This document shows positions 1 to 10,310 of a DNA stretch of 64,000 bases, piece after piece (position 1 is the first letter of the stretch; each line of letters opens with the position of its first letter). The stretch is from Mayamaea pseudoterrestris (Eukaryota), in the NCBI GenBank assembly GCA_027923505.1, contig BROI01000007.1:620001-684000 (forward strand), in the 5' to 3' direction. Position numbers and translations under genes: made by a program. The notes below the pieces were generated by a model that saw only the letters and a program-made list of their open reading frames with translations, was not told the DNA's origin and searched no databases.

Positions 1-345
1 CAATTCCCCATGCCCTGGCCACCCAACAACCCAATGAGTCAGGCAAAACATGTCCAGGGTGTGCCATTCACATGTGGATGGCCTGAAATGGTGCAAAACG
101 GACTGCCGGGAGGCCTACACCACGGAATGGTCTGCATGATGGGTGTGGCCAACACCCCAAAATATGGAATCATACCACTACAATGCCCCATGCCCTGGCC
201 ACCCAACAACCCAATGAGTCAGGCAAAACATGTCCAGGGTACGCCATGGACATGAGAATGGTCTGAAATGGTGCAAAACGGACTGCCCGGAGGCCTACAC
301 CATGGAATGGTCTGCAGGATGGGGGTGGCCAACACTCTAAATTAT
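1..345 (+). repeat. Tandem satellite, 180-bp variant of the 181-bp family (about 2 units, runs off the window start)
   Basis: CCCCATGCCCTGGCCACCCAACAACCCAATGAGTCAGGCAAAACATGTCCAGGGT recurs at a 180-bp spacing; homologous to but diverged from the 8599-10181 units. Confidence 0.9.
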
Positions 346-1526
346 GAGACTGGTGACAAGTTGTCACCAAATACATTGCCATCCCCTGAGACACCAGCCA
401 AGCCTACCATCTTGTAGCGCAGCCTGAATAATGATGTTGGCACCATTCTGGTGTAATTTGGGCACCTACAGGGCCTGCTGTAAGGGCGTTTGAATGTCAC
501 GGCATCTGCGGGCTGAGACTGGTGACAAGTTGTCACCAAATACATTGCCATCCCCTGAGACACCAGCCAGGCATATCATCTTGTAGCTCAGACTGAATAA
601 TGATGTTGGCACCATTCTGGTGTAATTTGAGCACCTACAGGGCCTGTGTTAGGAGAGTTTGAATGTCACGGCATCTGCAGGCTGAGACTGGTGACAAGTT
701 GTCACCAAATACATTGCCAACCCCTGAGACACAAGCCCAGATTACCATCTGGTAGCGCAGCCTGAATAAGGATGTTGGCTCCATTTGGGTGTATTTTGGG
801 CACCTACAGGGCTTGCTGTAGGGGCGTTTGAATGTCACGGCATCTGCAGGCTGAGACTGGTGACAAGTTGTCACAAAATACATTGCCATTCCCTGAGACA
901 CCAGCCAGGCATACCATCTTGTAGCGCAGCGGAATTATGATGTAGGCACCATTTTGGTGTAATTTGGTCAACTACAGGGCTTGTTGTAGGGGCGTTTGAA
1001 TGTCACAGCATCTGCGGGCTGAGACTGGTGACAAGTTGTCACCAAATACATTGCCATCCCCTGAGACACCAGCCAAGCATACCATCTTGTAGCGCAGCCT
1101 GAATAATGATGTTGGCACCATTCTGGTGTAATTTGGGCACCTACAGGGCCTGCTGTAGGGGCGTTTGAATGTCACGGCATCTGCGGGCTGAGACTGGTGA
1201 CAAGTTGTCACCAAATACATTGCCATCCCCTGAGACACCAGCCAAGCCTACCATCTTGTAGCGCAGCCTGAATAATGATGTTGGCACCATTCTGGTGTAT
1301 TTTGGGCACCTACAGGGCTTGCTGTAGGGGCGTTTGAATGTCACGGCATCTGCGGGCTGAGACTGGTGACAAGTTGTCACCAAATACATTGCCATCCCCT
1401 GAGACACCAGCCAGGCATATCATCTTGTAGCGCAGCCTGAATAATGATGTTGGCACCATTCTGGTGTAATTTGGGCACCTACAGGGCTTGCTGTAGGGGC
1501 GTTTGAATGTCACGGCATCTGCGGGC
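346..1526. repeat. 169-bp tandem satellite, 7 units (left arm)
   Basis: GAGACTGGTGACAAGTTGTCAC starts at 346, 515, 684, 853, 1021, 1190, 1359. Confidence 0.97.
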
Positions 1527-1529
1527 CAA

Positions 1530-1924
1530 TGACAAGTCGCAGAGCGGCGAAGTCAAGAGCCCGAACCCTAATTAGCTTGTGTCGAGTCCGCAGCTGTCGT
1601 ATGTGACATGTGAATGAAGAAAGTGCGCAACCGTCGTGTGGATGCGTTGTATGAATGGAACGACCAGTTACGACTGATGTAATGTGATTGAAAGAAACGG
1701 ATTGATCGGATGATCTTCCGAGTGGTCGATGTAGCGATGTAGCGATAAGCTCACAATATAGAACTACTAGTTTGCGACGAGAGTGCAGTCGTATTCGTGT
1801 AGTGGCGAGCGCAAGACTATTCGACGAGCCATCTCCATCAAGAGCTGTACAGACCGTGGCCAAGGACCCTGTATCGGAGCTTTTTGGAGGTAAGACGTTG
1901 ACTGCGAAATCGTCAACGGTGTTA
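1530..1924 (+). repeat. 5' LTR of element 1 (TGACA...TGTTA)
   Basis: Matches 7841-8235 at offset 6311; hairpin CGTTGAC/GTCAACG near the 3' end. Confidence 0.93.
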
Positions 1925-2021
1925 GATTAACATTTCAGTGCTTTGAGAGCGAGAACGAGCGAGGGAGCTATCGTGACACATTCGTCTGCAGCGAGTCCGA
2001 TTCCTCTGATCAACCTCCACC

Positions 2022-5000
2022 ATGACGACGATTGATGTAACGACCTACAAGCGTGCCGTCGGTAAAGTCTTCGATATTCCGTGGCTCGCAGCGTCCGCAG
2101 CTTGGGACCCAAACGACCCTACCGCAGTATGCTTCGAATCCGAGGAACTCACGACTGCGGAGGCGATGGCCGAGTTGTCGGAACAAGACGTGACGAACAT
2201 TAAGAACCAGTACCAGTGGTCGACGATACGAACAAGCCGATTGCGCAAGCTCATGAGTTGGATTCACGAGCAACGTCGGACGACTGCGCAATGGCAAGAC
2301 TTGGAGAAAGACCAGATTACGAGCCGAGACCTCCCAGTAGCGCCGGGGTCACCGACAGCAGGCAACCGCAGTTTCGGAGACTTTAGCGTTATCGGAGGCA
2401 ACGACACCACGACGAAGCGACACGACATCAAGCTGGATCTGAAGACCATGCTGGAGCTCAAGAACGACCGCAAGTTCTGCTCCTACTGGCGGGCCTTCAA
2501 GAACCGCATGCGAAGCGAGCGACTTGGCTATTTTTGGGACGACGAGTTCAAGGCACCAGCCGCACTCGACCCCGAATTCGCCGAGTATAAGTATCAGTGT
2601 TCGAAGCTTTTAGCGGCGCTCGAGTATACCTGCAAGACACCGCAGAGCAAGCTCATTGTCCGCAAGCACATCGACAGCGCGAATGCCTCAGCGTGCATTG
2701 CAGAGTTGGAGGCGACATTCCTCGATGGGATGGCGCGCAAGTTGGATCTACGTACGGCCGAAGACGAATGGCGCAATTACACCCTCGATGCGAGTTACGC
2801 CAAATCTCTCGTCAATTGGCTCATCCAGTGGTCCAGCAAGGAAGAGAACTACAATGACTACGCCGAGGAAACCGAGCTACTTACAGCAAGCACGAAGCGT
2901 CAGATTTTGGAACGCGCGGTTTTCCGCCATGCGGATATGGCAGCGGCGGTGAACATGGCGCTGATCGAAGAGTCCAAGACCGGCAACCCGATGGCGTACA
3001 CCCAGTTTTGGAACCTCCTGAACGACGTCGCACGTCAATCTGACAATCGTCGTGGCATCAAGGAGACCGAGAAGCGTCAGGCGAACCAATCTGAGCAGAC
3101 CAAGAAAGAGAAGGAGAAGACGAAGAAGGCAAGTGCGAACAATTCCCAGTCTACGCCAAGTAGCAGCAACAATCAGCAGTCCAATCAGGGGGGCGGTGGT
3201 CGCGGCGACTTGAGCACGGGACGAGGCGGCGGCGGCGGCCGCGGTCGGGGAGATACTCGTTCGTATGTTCGCAGCTATGCCGACACGAAGACGATCGAAA
3301 TTCCCAGCGACGTGAATGCGACGATACCACCAAACACGTGGCGACTCCTTACCCGCGATCAGCAACATGAAGTGTTTGAACGCCGTGGTACGAGTCGAGC
3401 GGCCAGTGCTGCAGGTGGTTCGACATCAGCAACACAGGCAGGCACCACGCAGACGACGAGTACAACACGCAACGCAAACGTCGCAGCCACTTCATCAGCG
3501 GCAACGACGGCGAGTGCGGCGACCGAGCGTGTGAACAACACCAGCCGTGGCTCAGCGATGCGAAGTTTCTTAGGTCCAGACCAGCCCACGACTACGACTC
3601 GGGGAGCGAATATCGCTCAGAGTCGCAAGTACAAAGTCGCGAGCATTGACTTGGATAAGCATTCAGCGTCGACTGTCGATCGCGGCGCGAGTGGCGGAGT
3701 ATGGGGAGCGGACGGCCGCATCCTTACCGAGGACAAGTTCCACAAGATTGAAGTCACTGGAGTCGGTGGTCTCAAACTTCCGGACCTGTCTACCGTCACA
3801 GCAGTCGCCAAGCTTAAGAGCACCAAGGGTTGGGTCGTCGGCGAGTTCCATAATTACGCATATTCTGGAACCGGCAAGACGATTCATTCGAGTATGCAGA
3901 TGGAAGCCTTCGGACTTCATGTCAACGACAAGCATTACAACTTTGGTGGCAAGTTACGAATCGAAACGCCAGACGGATACAAGTTTATGCTCGGGATGGA
4001 AAGTGGCATGGCGACCTTGCCAATGTTTCCAGTGTCGGCGCATGAGCTTCACACCTTACCTCGGGTCATGATGACCTTCGATGGGCCTTGGGATCCGAAT
4101 GAGTTTGACGTCGAGCCGACCGAGGACGACGACTATGACTCTTCGGATGACGATGACGACGAGGACGACGTACCGGACTTGTTGTCGCGCGACGAAGACG
4201 ACGAAGACAGTGACGACGAAGAGGGCTTCACGCGCGTGACACGCTCGCGTACGCGGAATCGCACCCATCGTCAGAGCAACGTGACTTATACGAATCTCGG
4301 ACACGACAATCAACCTGTTTACACCGAGAAGGAGCTGAATGTTTGTGCCGTCGTACAGAAGTACAATGCGGATCTCGTCTATCAGCCCTACAAGTCTATC
4401 CTGCCAAAGAAACCTGATATCGACGCATTGCTGCCGAACTTTGCATGGTACCCGGCGCAGACGATCAAGGATACTTTGCGCCACAGCACGCAGTTCAACA
4501 TGCACGAGCGCCGATACCCCCCACGAATGCATCGAAAGAGCCGATTCCTGAACGTCTACCGTCTAGATGATCGAGTGGCCCATGACACCATGTTCTTCGA
4601 CGAACCAGCCATGGATGATCATATCGACGGACATGCAGGGTGCACATGCGTGCAGCTATTCTATGGTTGTCGCAGTCAGATCATTGTCGTGTATCCCATG
4701 CGGACGAAAGGTGACGTACCGAAACGATTCCGTGATTTCATCCGCGAGTTTGGAGCTCCGTTGGAAGTCTTCTCGGATAATGCGAAAGAAGCGATGAGTG
4801 CCGAGTTTGACGAAGTAATGCGCGAGTTCATGATTCGCCGTCGTCATACATCGGAGCCGTACTACCAGAATCAAAATCCAGCCGAGCGCATCATCGGGCA
4901 CGTAAAGGAAAGTCATGAACGACTTATGGACCGAACGGGCACTCCGGCATGCTTCTGGCTACGCGCTTTACTCTTTCAGACCGAGATGTACCGTCATTTG

Positions 5001-7886
5001 TCGCATCCTGCCTTGGACGGCAAGTCTCCCATCGAGTTTATCACTGGGCAAGTCCCCGACGTGTCGAAGTATTTGCATTTTCGTTGGTTTGAAATTGTCA
5101 ACTACTTTGTCAAGGATGTCGAGGCCCCGGGTACCCGCCAGCGCGCGGCGTACTGGCTTGGTCCCAACACGACGTGCGGAGACGACCTGACGTACTTCAT
5201 CTGCGATTGCGAGACCCACGAGATCATGACGCGATCGGTTTGCTTACCCCGAAACGACCCAAAATTTTTGAACCTTCGCGTACCGGCACCTGCTTCCCCA
5301 GTCATGAAAGAAGGGGAGCCGCGTCTCTATACCGTACCTGGTCTAGGTGGCGAGATCCTTATGCCGGAAATGATCAAGAAGATTACCGACGCCGACAGCA
5401 GAGACGATGATTCTTTCATTCCTGACGAAGACGATACCCCTTTGGTCGAGACGGTGGAATACCCGGAAGACGACGATATGACCGACGGGGAGGAAGATCC
5501 GAATCCTGCCGATGACGACGACGACAAGCCGAAGAAGAAGAACATCAATCCGTGGCGCAAACTCCCGAAGTATGCACCCGATGAACTTATCGGCAAGTCG
5601 TTTCTCATGAAGACGGACGACGGGCAAGAAGTTCGAGCGACCGTCATGAGCAAGCTGAACAACCGCGACGCCCAGAACCATCAGAACATTAAAATGATGC
5701 TGAAGCTTGGTAACGGCGAAGCGGACGAAGTCATGTCGTATGTCGAGGTTTCCGATCTCTACGAGGCCGAAGTGAACCAAGACATGGCGAATCCTGAGCG
5801 TAAATGGTTCTTCAAGGAGATTCTAGACCATCAGGGTCCGCTGACGAGCAAGTCGAAGAACTGGAAGCACTCCAAGTGGAACGTCCTTGTACAATGGGAC
5901 GATGGATCCAAGACTTGGGAGCCTCTCAACGCGATGATCGAAAGCGACAAAGTATCAGTGGCAGCCTACGCGCAAAAGCATAATCTTCTCGACAAGGACG
6001 GATGGGCATCGTTGAATCGATGGGCCCGGAACGCCAAGAAGGTTGCGCGCAAGGTGGCGACCGCCCGAATGGAGCAGCAGAAGAACGGACCGCGCTACAA
6101 GTTTGGAGTCCAAGTACCCCGAGATTGGAAGGAAGCGCGGCGTTTGCAGGAAGCTGCAGGGCACACGAAGTGGACGGATGCGGAAGGCGTGGAGCTTGCG
6201 AACCTGGACGAGTACGAGACGTTTCAAGATCTTGGTCCGAGTTCCACCACAACACCACCAACTGGTTACCAAAAGATCCGAGTCCATTTTGTGTACGATG
6301 TCAAGCACGATTTGCGATACAAGGCACGTCTCGTTGCAGGCGGCCACATGACGAAAGACAACGACGATGCCTACTCCAGTGTTATCTCATTGAAGGCAAT
6401 GCGTCTAGCTCTCGTCATTGGAGAAGCGAACGGCAAGAAGTGCATGGTCGGTGACATTGGGAATGCTTATCTCGAAGCGTTCACCAAGGAGAAGGTATAC
6501 TTCGTTGGAGGCCCCGAGTTCGGGGAGCGCGAAGGACACATCCTGGTCATCGTCAAGGCTTTGTACGGATTGCGAACGAGCGGAGCACGATTTCACGAAC
6601 GCTTAGCCGACGCCCTACTTGCGGAAGGGTGGAAGCCGTCCTATTGCGATTCCGATCTGTGGATCAAGGACGCTGGCGACAGCTACGACTACCTCTGTGT
6701 ATGGGTCGACGATCTGTTGAATATTTCAGACGATCCAGCAGCGTTCTTCAAGATGCTAGAGGAGAAGTACAAGTTTAAGCTCAAAGGTGTTGGACATCCC
6801 GAGTATCATCTCGGCGGTGACTTTGGACGAGACCCTGACGGAACTCTTTACTGGTCGGCCAAGACCTACGTTGCGAAACTCTTGGCGCAGTACGAGCGTT
6901 TGTTTGAAGGTCCTCCGAAGAAGTACTCATCACCAATCGACAAAGACGATCATCCAGAACTTGACCAAAGCGAGCTACTGAACGACCAAGAGAAGAAGAT
7001 TTACCAGTCTCTAGTCGGAGCACTTCAGTGGGCGATTACTTTGGGACGATTTGACATTGCCGTTGCAGTTGTGAGTCTGTCGCGATTCCGTGTGGAGCCG
7101 CGCAAGGGACACCTGCAGCGGGTGAAGCGAGTCTGTGGATATTTGCGAGAGTTACCGGACGCAGCAATCCGTTTCCGTACGAAGTGGCCAGCCAACGAGG
7201 AGCACTTCGGCACCATGGAGGAACAAGATTGGGAGCGCAGCGTTTACGGGAAGGACGGAGTTGATGAGATGTTGGACGTCTACCCACCGCCAAAGGGTGT
7301 GACTGTACGAACATCAACTTTCGAGGATGCGTGTCTCATGCATTGCATGGTGACAGGCAAGTCATTGGAAGGAGTTTTGTCATTTGTCAACCAGACGCCT
7401 GTCGACTGGCATTGCAAACTCCAGGCTACAGTCGAGACTGCGACCTTCGGATCGGAATTCGGCGTAGCAAAGAGTGGAACGGATATCAGCATTTCTCTAC
7501 GCGCGTCGCTCATGGCTATGGGCGTACCATTGGAGAAGTCTGCCTGGATGTACGGAGACAACCAAGCAGTGATTACACAATCTACAATCCCGAGTTCGAC
7601 ATTGTCCAAGCGACACAATGCGTTGGCCTACCATCGTGTTCGTTGGGCAGTTGCTGCGGGGATTATCAAGTTTGTAAAGATTGACGGAAAGGAGAACATT
7701 GCGGACGTACTGACGAAGTACCTGCCGTACTGTGATGCGATGCCATTGCTCAAGCCAGTATTGTTTTGGCGCGGCGATACATCGTATGCGATTGTGAAGG
7801 ACAAGAATGCGGCTACGACGAGCAGCGTACCCGAGGGGAGTGACAAGTCGCAGAGCGGCGAAGTCAAGAGCCCGAACCCTAATTAG
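2022..7886 (+). CDS. Gag-Pol polyprotein (1954 aa) of element 1
   Basis: Protease-like VDRGASGG; integrase D (HDTMF), D (SDNAKE), E (NPAER); RT YKARLVAGG, KALYGL, WVDDLL; RNase H FEDA/GSEF/GDNQ/IADVLTK; stop lies inside the 3' LTR. Confidence 0.96.
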   Translation: MTTIDVTTYKRAVGKVFDIPWLAASAAWDPNDPTAVCFESEELTTAEAMAELSEQDVTNIKNQYQWSTIRTSRLRKLMSWIHEQRRTTAQWQDLEKDQITSRDLPVAPGSPTAGNRSFGDFSVIGGNDTTTKRHDIKLDLKTMLELKNDRKFCSYWRAFKNRMRSERLGYFWDDEFKAPAALDPEFAEYKYQCSKLLAALEYTCKTPQSKLIVRKHIDSANASACIAELEATFLDGMARKLDLRTAEDEWRNYTLDASYAKSLVNWLIQWSSKEENYNDYAEETELLTASTKRQILERAVFRHADMAAAVNMALIEESKTGNPMAYTQFWNLLNDVARQSDNRRGIKETEKRQANQSEQTKKEKEKTKKASANNSQSTPSSSNNQQSNQGGGGRGDLSTGRGGGGGRGRGDTRSYVRSYADTKTIEIPSDVNATIPPNTWRLLTRDQQHEVFERRGTSRAASAAGGSTSATQAGTTQTTSTTRNANVAATSSAATTASAATERVNNTSRGSAMRSFLGPDQPTTTTRGANIAQSRKYKVASIDLDKHSASTVDRGASGGVWGADGRILTEDKFHKIEVTGVGGLKLPDLSTVTAVAKLKSTKGWVVGEFHNYAYSGTGKTIHSSMQMEAFGLHVNDKHYNFGGKLRIETPDGYKFMLGMESGMATLPMFPVSAHELHTLPRVMMTFDGPWDPNEFDVEPTEDDDYDSSDDDDDEDDVPDLLSRDEDDEDSDDEEGFTRVTRSRTRNRTHRQSNVTYTNLGHDNQPVYTEKELNVCAVVQKYNADLVYQPYKSILPKKPDIDALLPNFAWYPAQTIKDTLRHSTQFNMHERRYPPRMHRKSRFLNVYRLDDRVAHDTMFFDEPAMDDHIDGHAGCTCVQLFYGCRSQIIVVYPMRTKGDVPKRFRDFIREFGAPLEVFSDNAKEAMSAEFDEVMREFMIRRRHTSEPYYQNQNPAERIIGHVKESHERLMDRTGTPACFWLRALLFQTEMYRHLSHPALDGKSPIEFITGQVPDVSKYLHFRWFEIVNYFVKDVEAPGTRQRAAYWLGPNTTCGDDLTYFICDCETHEIMTRSVCLPRNDPKFLNLRVPAPASPVMKEGEPRLYTVPGLGGEILMPEMIKKITDADSRDDDSFIPDEDDTPLVETVEYPEDDDMTDGEEDPNPADDDDDKPKKKNINPWRKLPKYAPDELIGKSFLMKTDDGQEVRATVMSKLNNRDAQNHQNIKMMLKLGNGEADEVMSYVEVSDLYEAEVNQDMANPERKWFFKEILDHQGPLTSKSKNWKHSKWNVLVQWDDGSKTWEPLNAMIESDKVSVAAYAQKHNLLDKDGWASLNRWARNAKKVARKVATARMEQQKNGPRYKFGVQVPRDWKEARRLQEAAGHTKWTDAEGVELANLDEYETFQDLGPSSTTTPPTGYQKIRVHFVYDVKHDLRYKARLVAGGHMTKDNDDAYSSVISLKAMRLALVIGEANGKKCMVGDIGNAYLEAFTKEKVYFVGGPEFGEREGHILVIVKALYGLRTSGARFHERLADALLAEGWKPSYCDSDLWIKDAGDSYDYLCVWVDDLLNISDDPAAFFKMLEEKYKFKLKGVGHPEYHLGGDFGRDPDGTLYWSAKTYVAKLLAQYERLFEGPPKKYSSPIDKDDHPELDQSELLNDQEKKIYQSLVGALQWAITLGRFDIAVAVVSLSRFRVEPRKGHLQRVKRVCGYLRELPDAAIRFRTKWPANEEHFGTMEEQDWERSVYGKDGVDEMLDVYPPPKGVTVRTSTFEDACLMHCMVTGKSLEGVLSFVNQTPVDWHCKLQATVETATFGSEFGVAKSGTDISISLRASLMAMGVPLEKSAWMYGDNQAVITQSTIPSSTLSKRHNALAYHRVRWAVAAGIIKFVKIDGKENIADVLTKYLPYCDAMPLLKPVLFWRGDTSYAIVKDKNAATTSSVPEGSDKSQSGEVKSPNPN

Positions 7887-8235
7887 CTTGTGTCGAGTCC
7901 GCAGCTGTCGTATGTGACATGTGAATGAAGAAAGTGCGCAACCGTCGTGTGGATGCGTTGTATGAATGGAACGACCAGTTACGACTGATGTAATGTGATT
8001 GAAAGAAACGGATTGATCGGATGATCTTCCGAGTGGTCGATGTAGCGATGTAGCGATAAGCTCACAATATAGAACTACTAGTTTGCGACGAGAGTGCAGT
8101 CGTATTCGTGTAGTGGCGAGCGCAAGACTATTCGACGAGCCATCTCCATCAAGAGCTGTACAGACCGTGGCCAAGGACCCTGTATCGGAGCTTTTTGGAG
8201 GTAAGACGTTGACTGCGAAATCGTCAACGGTGTTA
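7841..8235 (+). repeat. 3' LTR of element 1
   Basis: Direct repeat of 1530-1924, preceded by the polypurine tract. Confidence 0.93.
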
Positions 8236-8598
8236 GGCTGAGACTGGTGACAAGTTGTCACCAAATACATTGCCATCCCCTGAGACACCAGCCAAGCCTA
8301 CCATCTTGTAGCGCAGCCTGAATAATGATGTTGGCACCATTCTGGTGTAATTTGGGCACCTACAGGGCCTGCTGTAGGGGCGTTTGAATGTCATGGCATC
8401 TGCGGGCTGAGACTGGTGACAAGTTGTCACCAAATACATTGCCATCCCCTGAGACACCAGCCAAGCCTACCATCTTGTAGCGCAGCCTGAATAATGATGT
8501 TGGCACCATTCTGGTGTATTTTGGGCACCTACAGGGCTTGCTGTAGGGGCGTTTGAATGTCACGGCATCTGCGGGCTGAGACTGGTGACAAGTTGTCA
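8236..8598. repeat. 169-bp tandem satellite, about 2.1 units (right arm)
   Basis: Units at 8240, 8409, 8578; resumes in phase with the left arm. Confidence 0.96.
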
Positions 8599-10181
8599 TT
8601 GACCTGTCAAACGCCCCATGCCCTGGCCACCCAAATACCCAATGAGTCAGGCAAAACATGTCCAGGGTATGCCATTGACAGGTGCAGAGTCTCAAATGGT
8701 GCAAAAAGGACTGCCTGGAGGCTGACACCATGGGTACGGCCTCCACGGTGGGTATGGCCAACACCACAAGTTGTAGACTCTGACCTGTCATACGCCCCAT
8801 GCCCTGGCCCCCAAAATACCCAATGTGTCAGGCAAAACATGTCCAGGGTATGCCATTGACAGGTGCATAGCCTCAAATGGTGCAAAAAGGACTGCCTGGA
8901 GGCTGACACCATGGGTACGGCCTCCACGGTGGGTATGGCCAACACCACAAGTTGTCGATTCTGACCTGTCAAACGCCCCATGCCCTGGCCACCCAAATAC
9001 CCAATGAGTCAGGCAAAACATGTCCAGGGTATGCCATTGACAGGTGCAGAGTCTCAAATGGTGCAAAAGGGACTGCCTGGAGGCTGACACCATGGGTACG
9101 GCCTCCACGGTGGGTATGGCCAACACCACAAGTTGTATATTCTGACCTGTCAAACGCCCCATGCCCTGGCCACCAAAACACCCCTAATGTGTCAGGCAAA
9201 ACATGTCCAGGGTATGCCATTGACAGGTGCAGAGCCTCAAATGGTGCAAAAAGGACTGCCTGGAGGCTGACACCATGGGTACGGCCTCCACGGTGGGTAT
9301 GGCCAACACCACAAGTTGTCGATTCTGACCTGTCAAACGCCCCATGCCCTGGCCACCCAAATACCCAATGAGTCAGGCAAAACATGTCCAGGGTATGCCA
9401 TTGACAGGTGCAGAGTCTCAAATGGTGCAAACAGGACTGCCTGGAGGCTGACACCATGGGTACGGCCTCCACGGTGGGTATGGCCAACACCACAAGTTGT
9501 CGATTCTGACCTGTCAAACGCCCCATGCCCTGGCCACCCAAATACCCAATGAGTCAGGCAAAACATGTCCAGGGTATGCCATTGACAGGTGCAGAGTCTC
9601 AAATGGTGCAAAAAGGACTGCCTGGAGGCTGACACCATGGGTACGGCCTCCACGGTGGGTATGGCCAACACCACAAGTTGTCGATTCTGACCTGTCAAAC
9701 GCCCCATGCCCTGGCCACCCAAATACCCAATGAGTCAGGCAAAACATGTCCAGGGTATGCCATTGACAGGTGCATAGTCTCAAATGGTGCAAAAAGGACT
9801 GCCTGGAGGCTGACACCATGGGTACGGCCTCCACGGTGGGTATGGCCAACACCACAAGTTGTCGATTCTTACCTGTCAAACGCCCCATGCCCTGGCCACC
9901 CAAATACCCAATGAGTCAGGCAAAACATGTCCAGGGTATGCCATTGACAGGTGCAGAGTCTCAAATGGTGCAAAAAGGACTGCCTGGAGGCTGACACCAT
10001 GGGTACGGCCTCCACGGTGGGTATGGCCAACACCACAAGTTGTCGATTCTGACCTGTCAAACGCCCCATGCCCTGGCCACCCAAATACCCAATGAGTCAG
10101 GCAAAACATGTCCAGGGTATGCCATTGACAGGTGCAGAGTCTTAAATGGTGCAAAAAGGAATGCCTGGAGGCTGACACCAT
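8599..10181 (+). repeat. 181-bp tandem satellite, about 8.7 homogeneous units
   Basis: TGACCTGTCA (or a 1-nt variant) starts at 8600, 8781, 8962, 9143, 9326, 9507, 9688, 9869, 10050. Confidence 0.97.
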
Positions 10182-10197
10182 TGCAGTCTACCAAGGG

Positions 10198-10310
10198 ACC
10201 AGCTAGGCAGTCCATCTTGTAGCGCATCTAAAATAAGGATGTTAGCACCATTCTGGCTTGATTTAGGCATACACATGGCTCAAGGTATGGGCATATAAAA
10301 AATCACGTCA
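10198..10310. repeat. Degenerate partial 169-bp unit at the array edge
   Basis: CCATCTTGTAGCGCATCTAAAATAAGGATGTTAGCACCATTCTGG aligns to CCATCTTGTAGCGCAGCCTGAATAATGATGTTGGCACCATTCTGG. Confidence 0.8.

Larger units (their letters stand above)
1530..8235 (+). mobile_element. Full-length Ty1/copia (CoDi-like) LTR retrotransposon inserted in the 169-bp satellite
   Basis: Two 395-bp LTRs with no differences seen by eye, single gag-pol ORF in PR-INT-RT-RH order, polypurine tract GAGGGGAG at 7833-7840. Confidence 0.97.

Noticed and set aside
1..345. Possible telomere at the window start
   Set aside because: No short telomeric repeat seen; the window simply starts inside the satellite
346..1526. Palindromic repeat at regular spacing resembling a CRISPR array
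   Set aside because: Intervening sequences are near-identical rather than unique spacers, no cas genes, eukaryotic context
7497..8288. 263-aa minus-strand ORF spanning satellite, LTR and RNase H
   Set aside because: Crosses unrelated sequence classes; chance open frame
10..10222. Many short repeated ORFs (MSQGMAMY..., MGGQGMGR..., MSILTCQT...)
   Set aside because: Translations of satellite monomers, many with non-ATG starts; indels break frames between units
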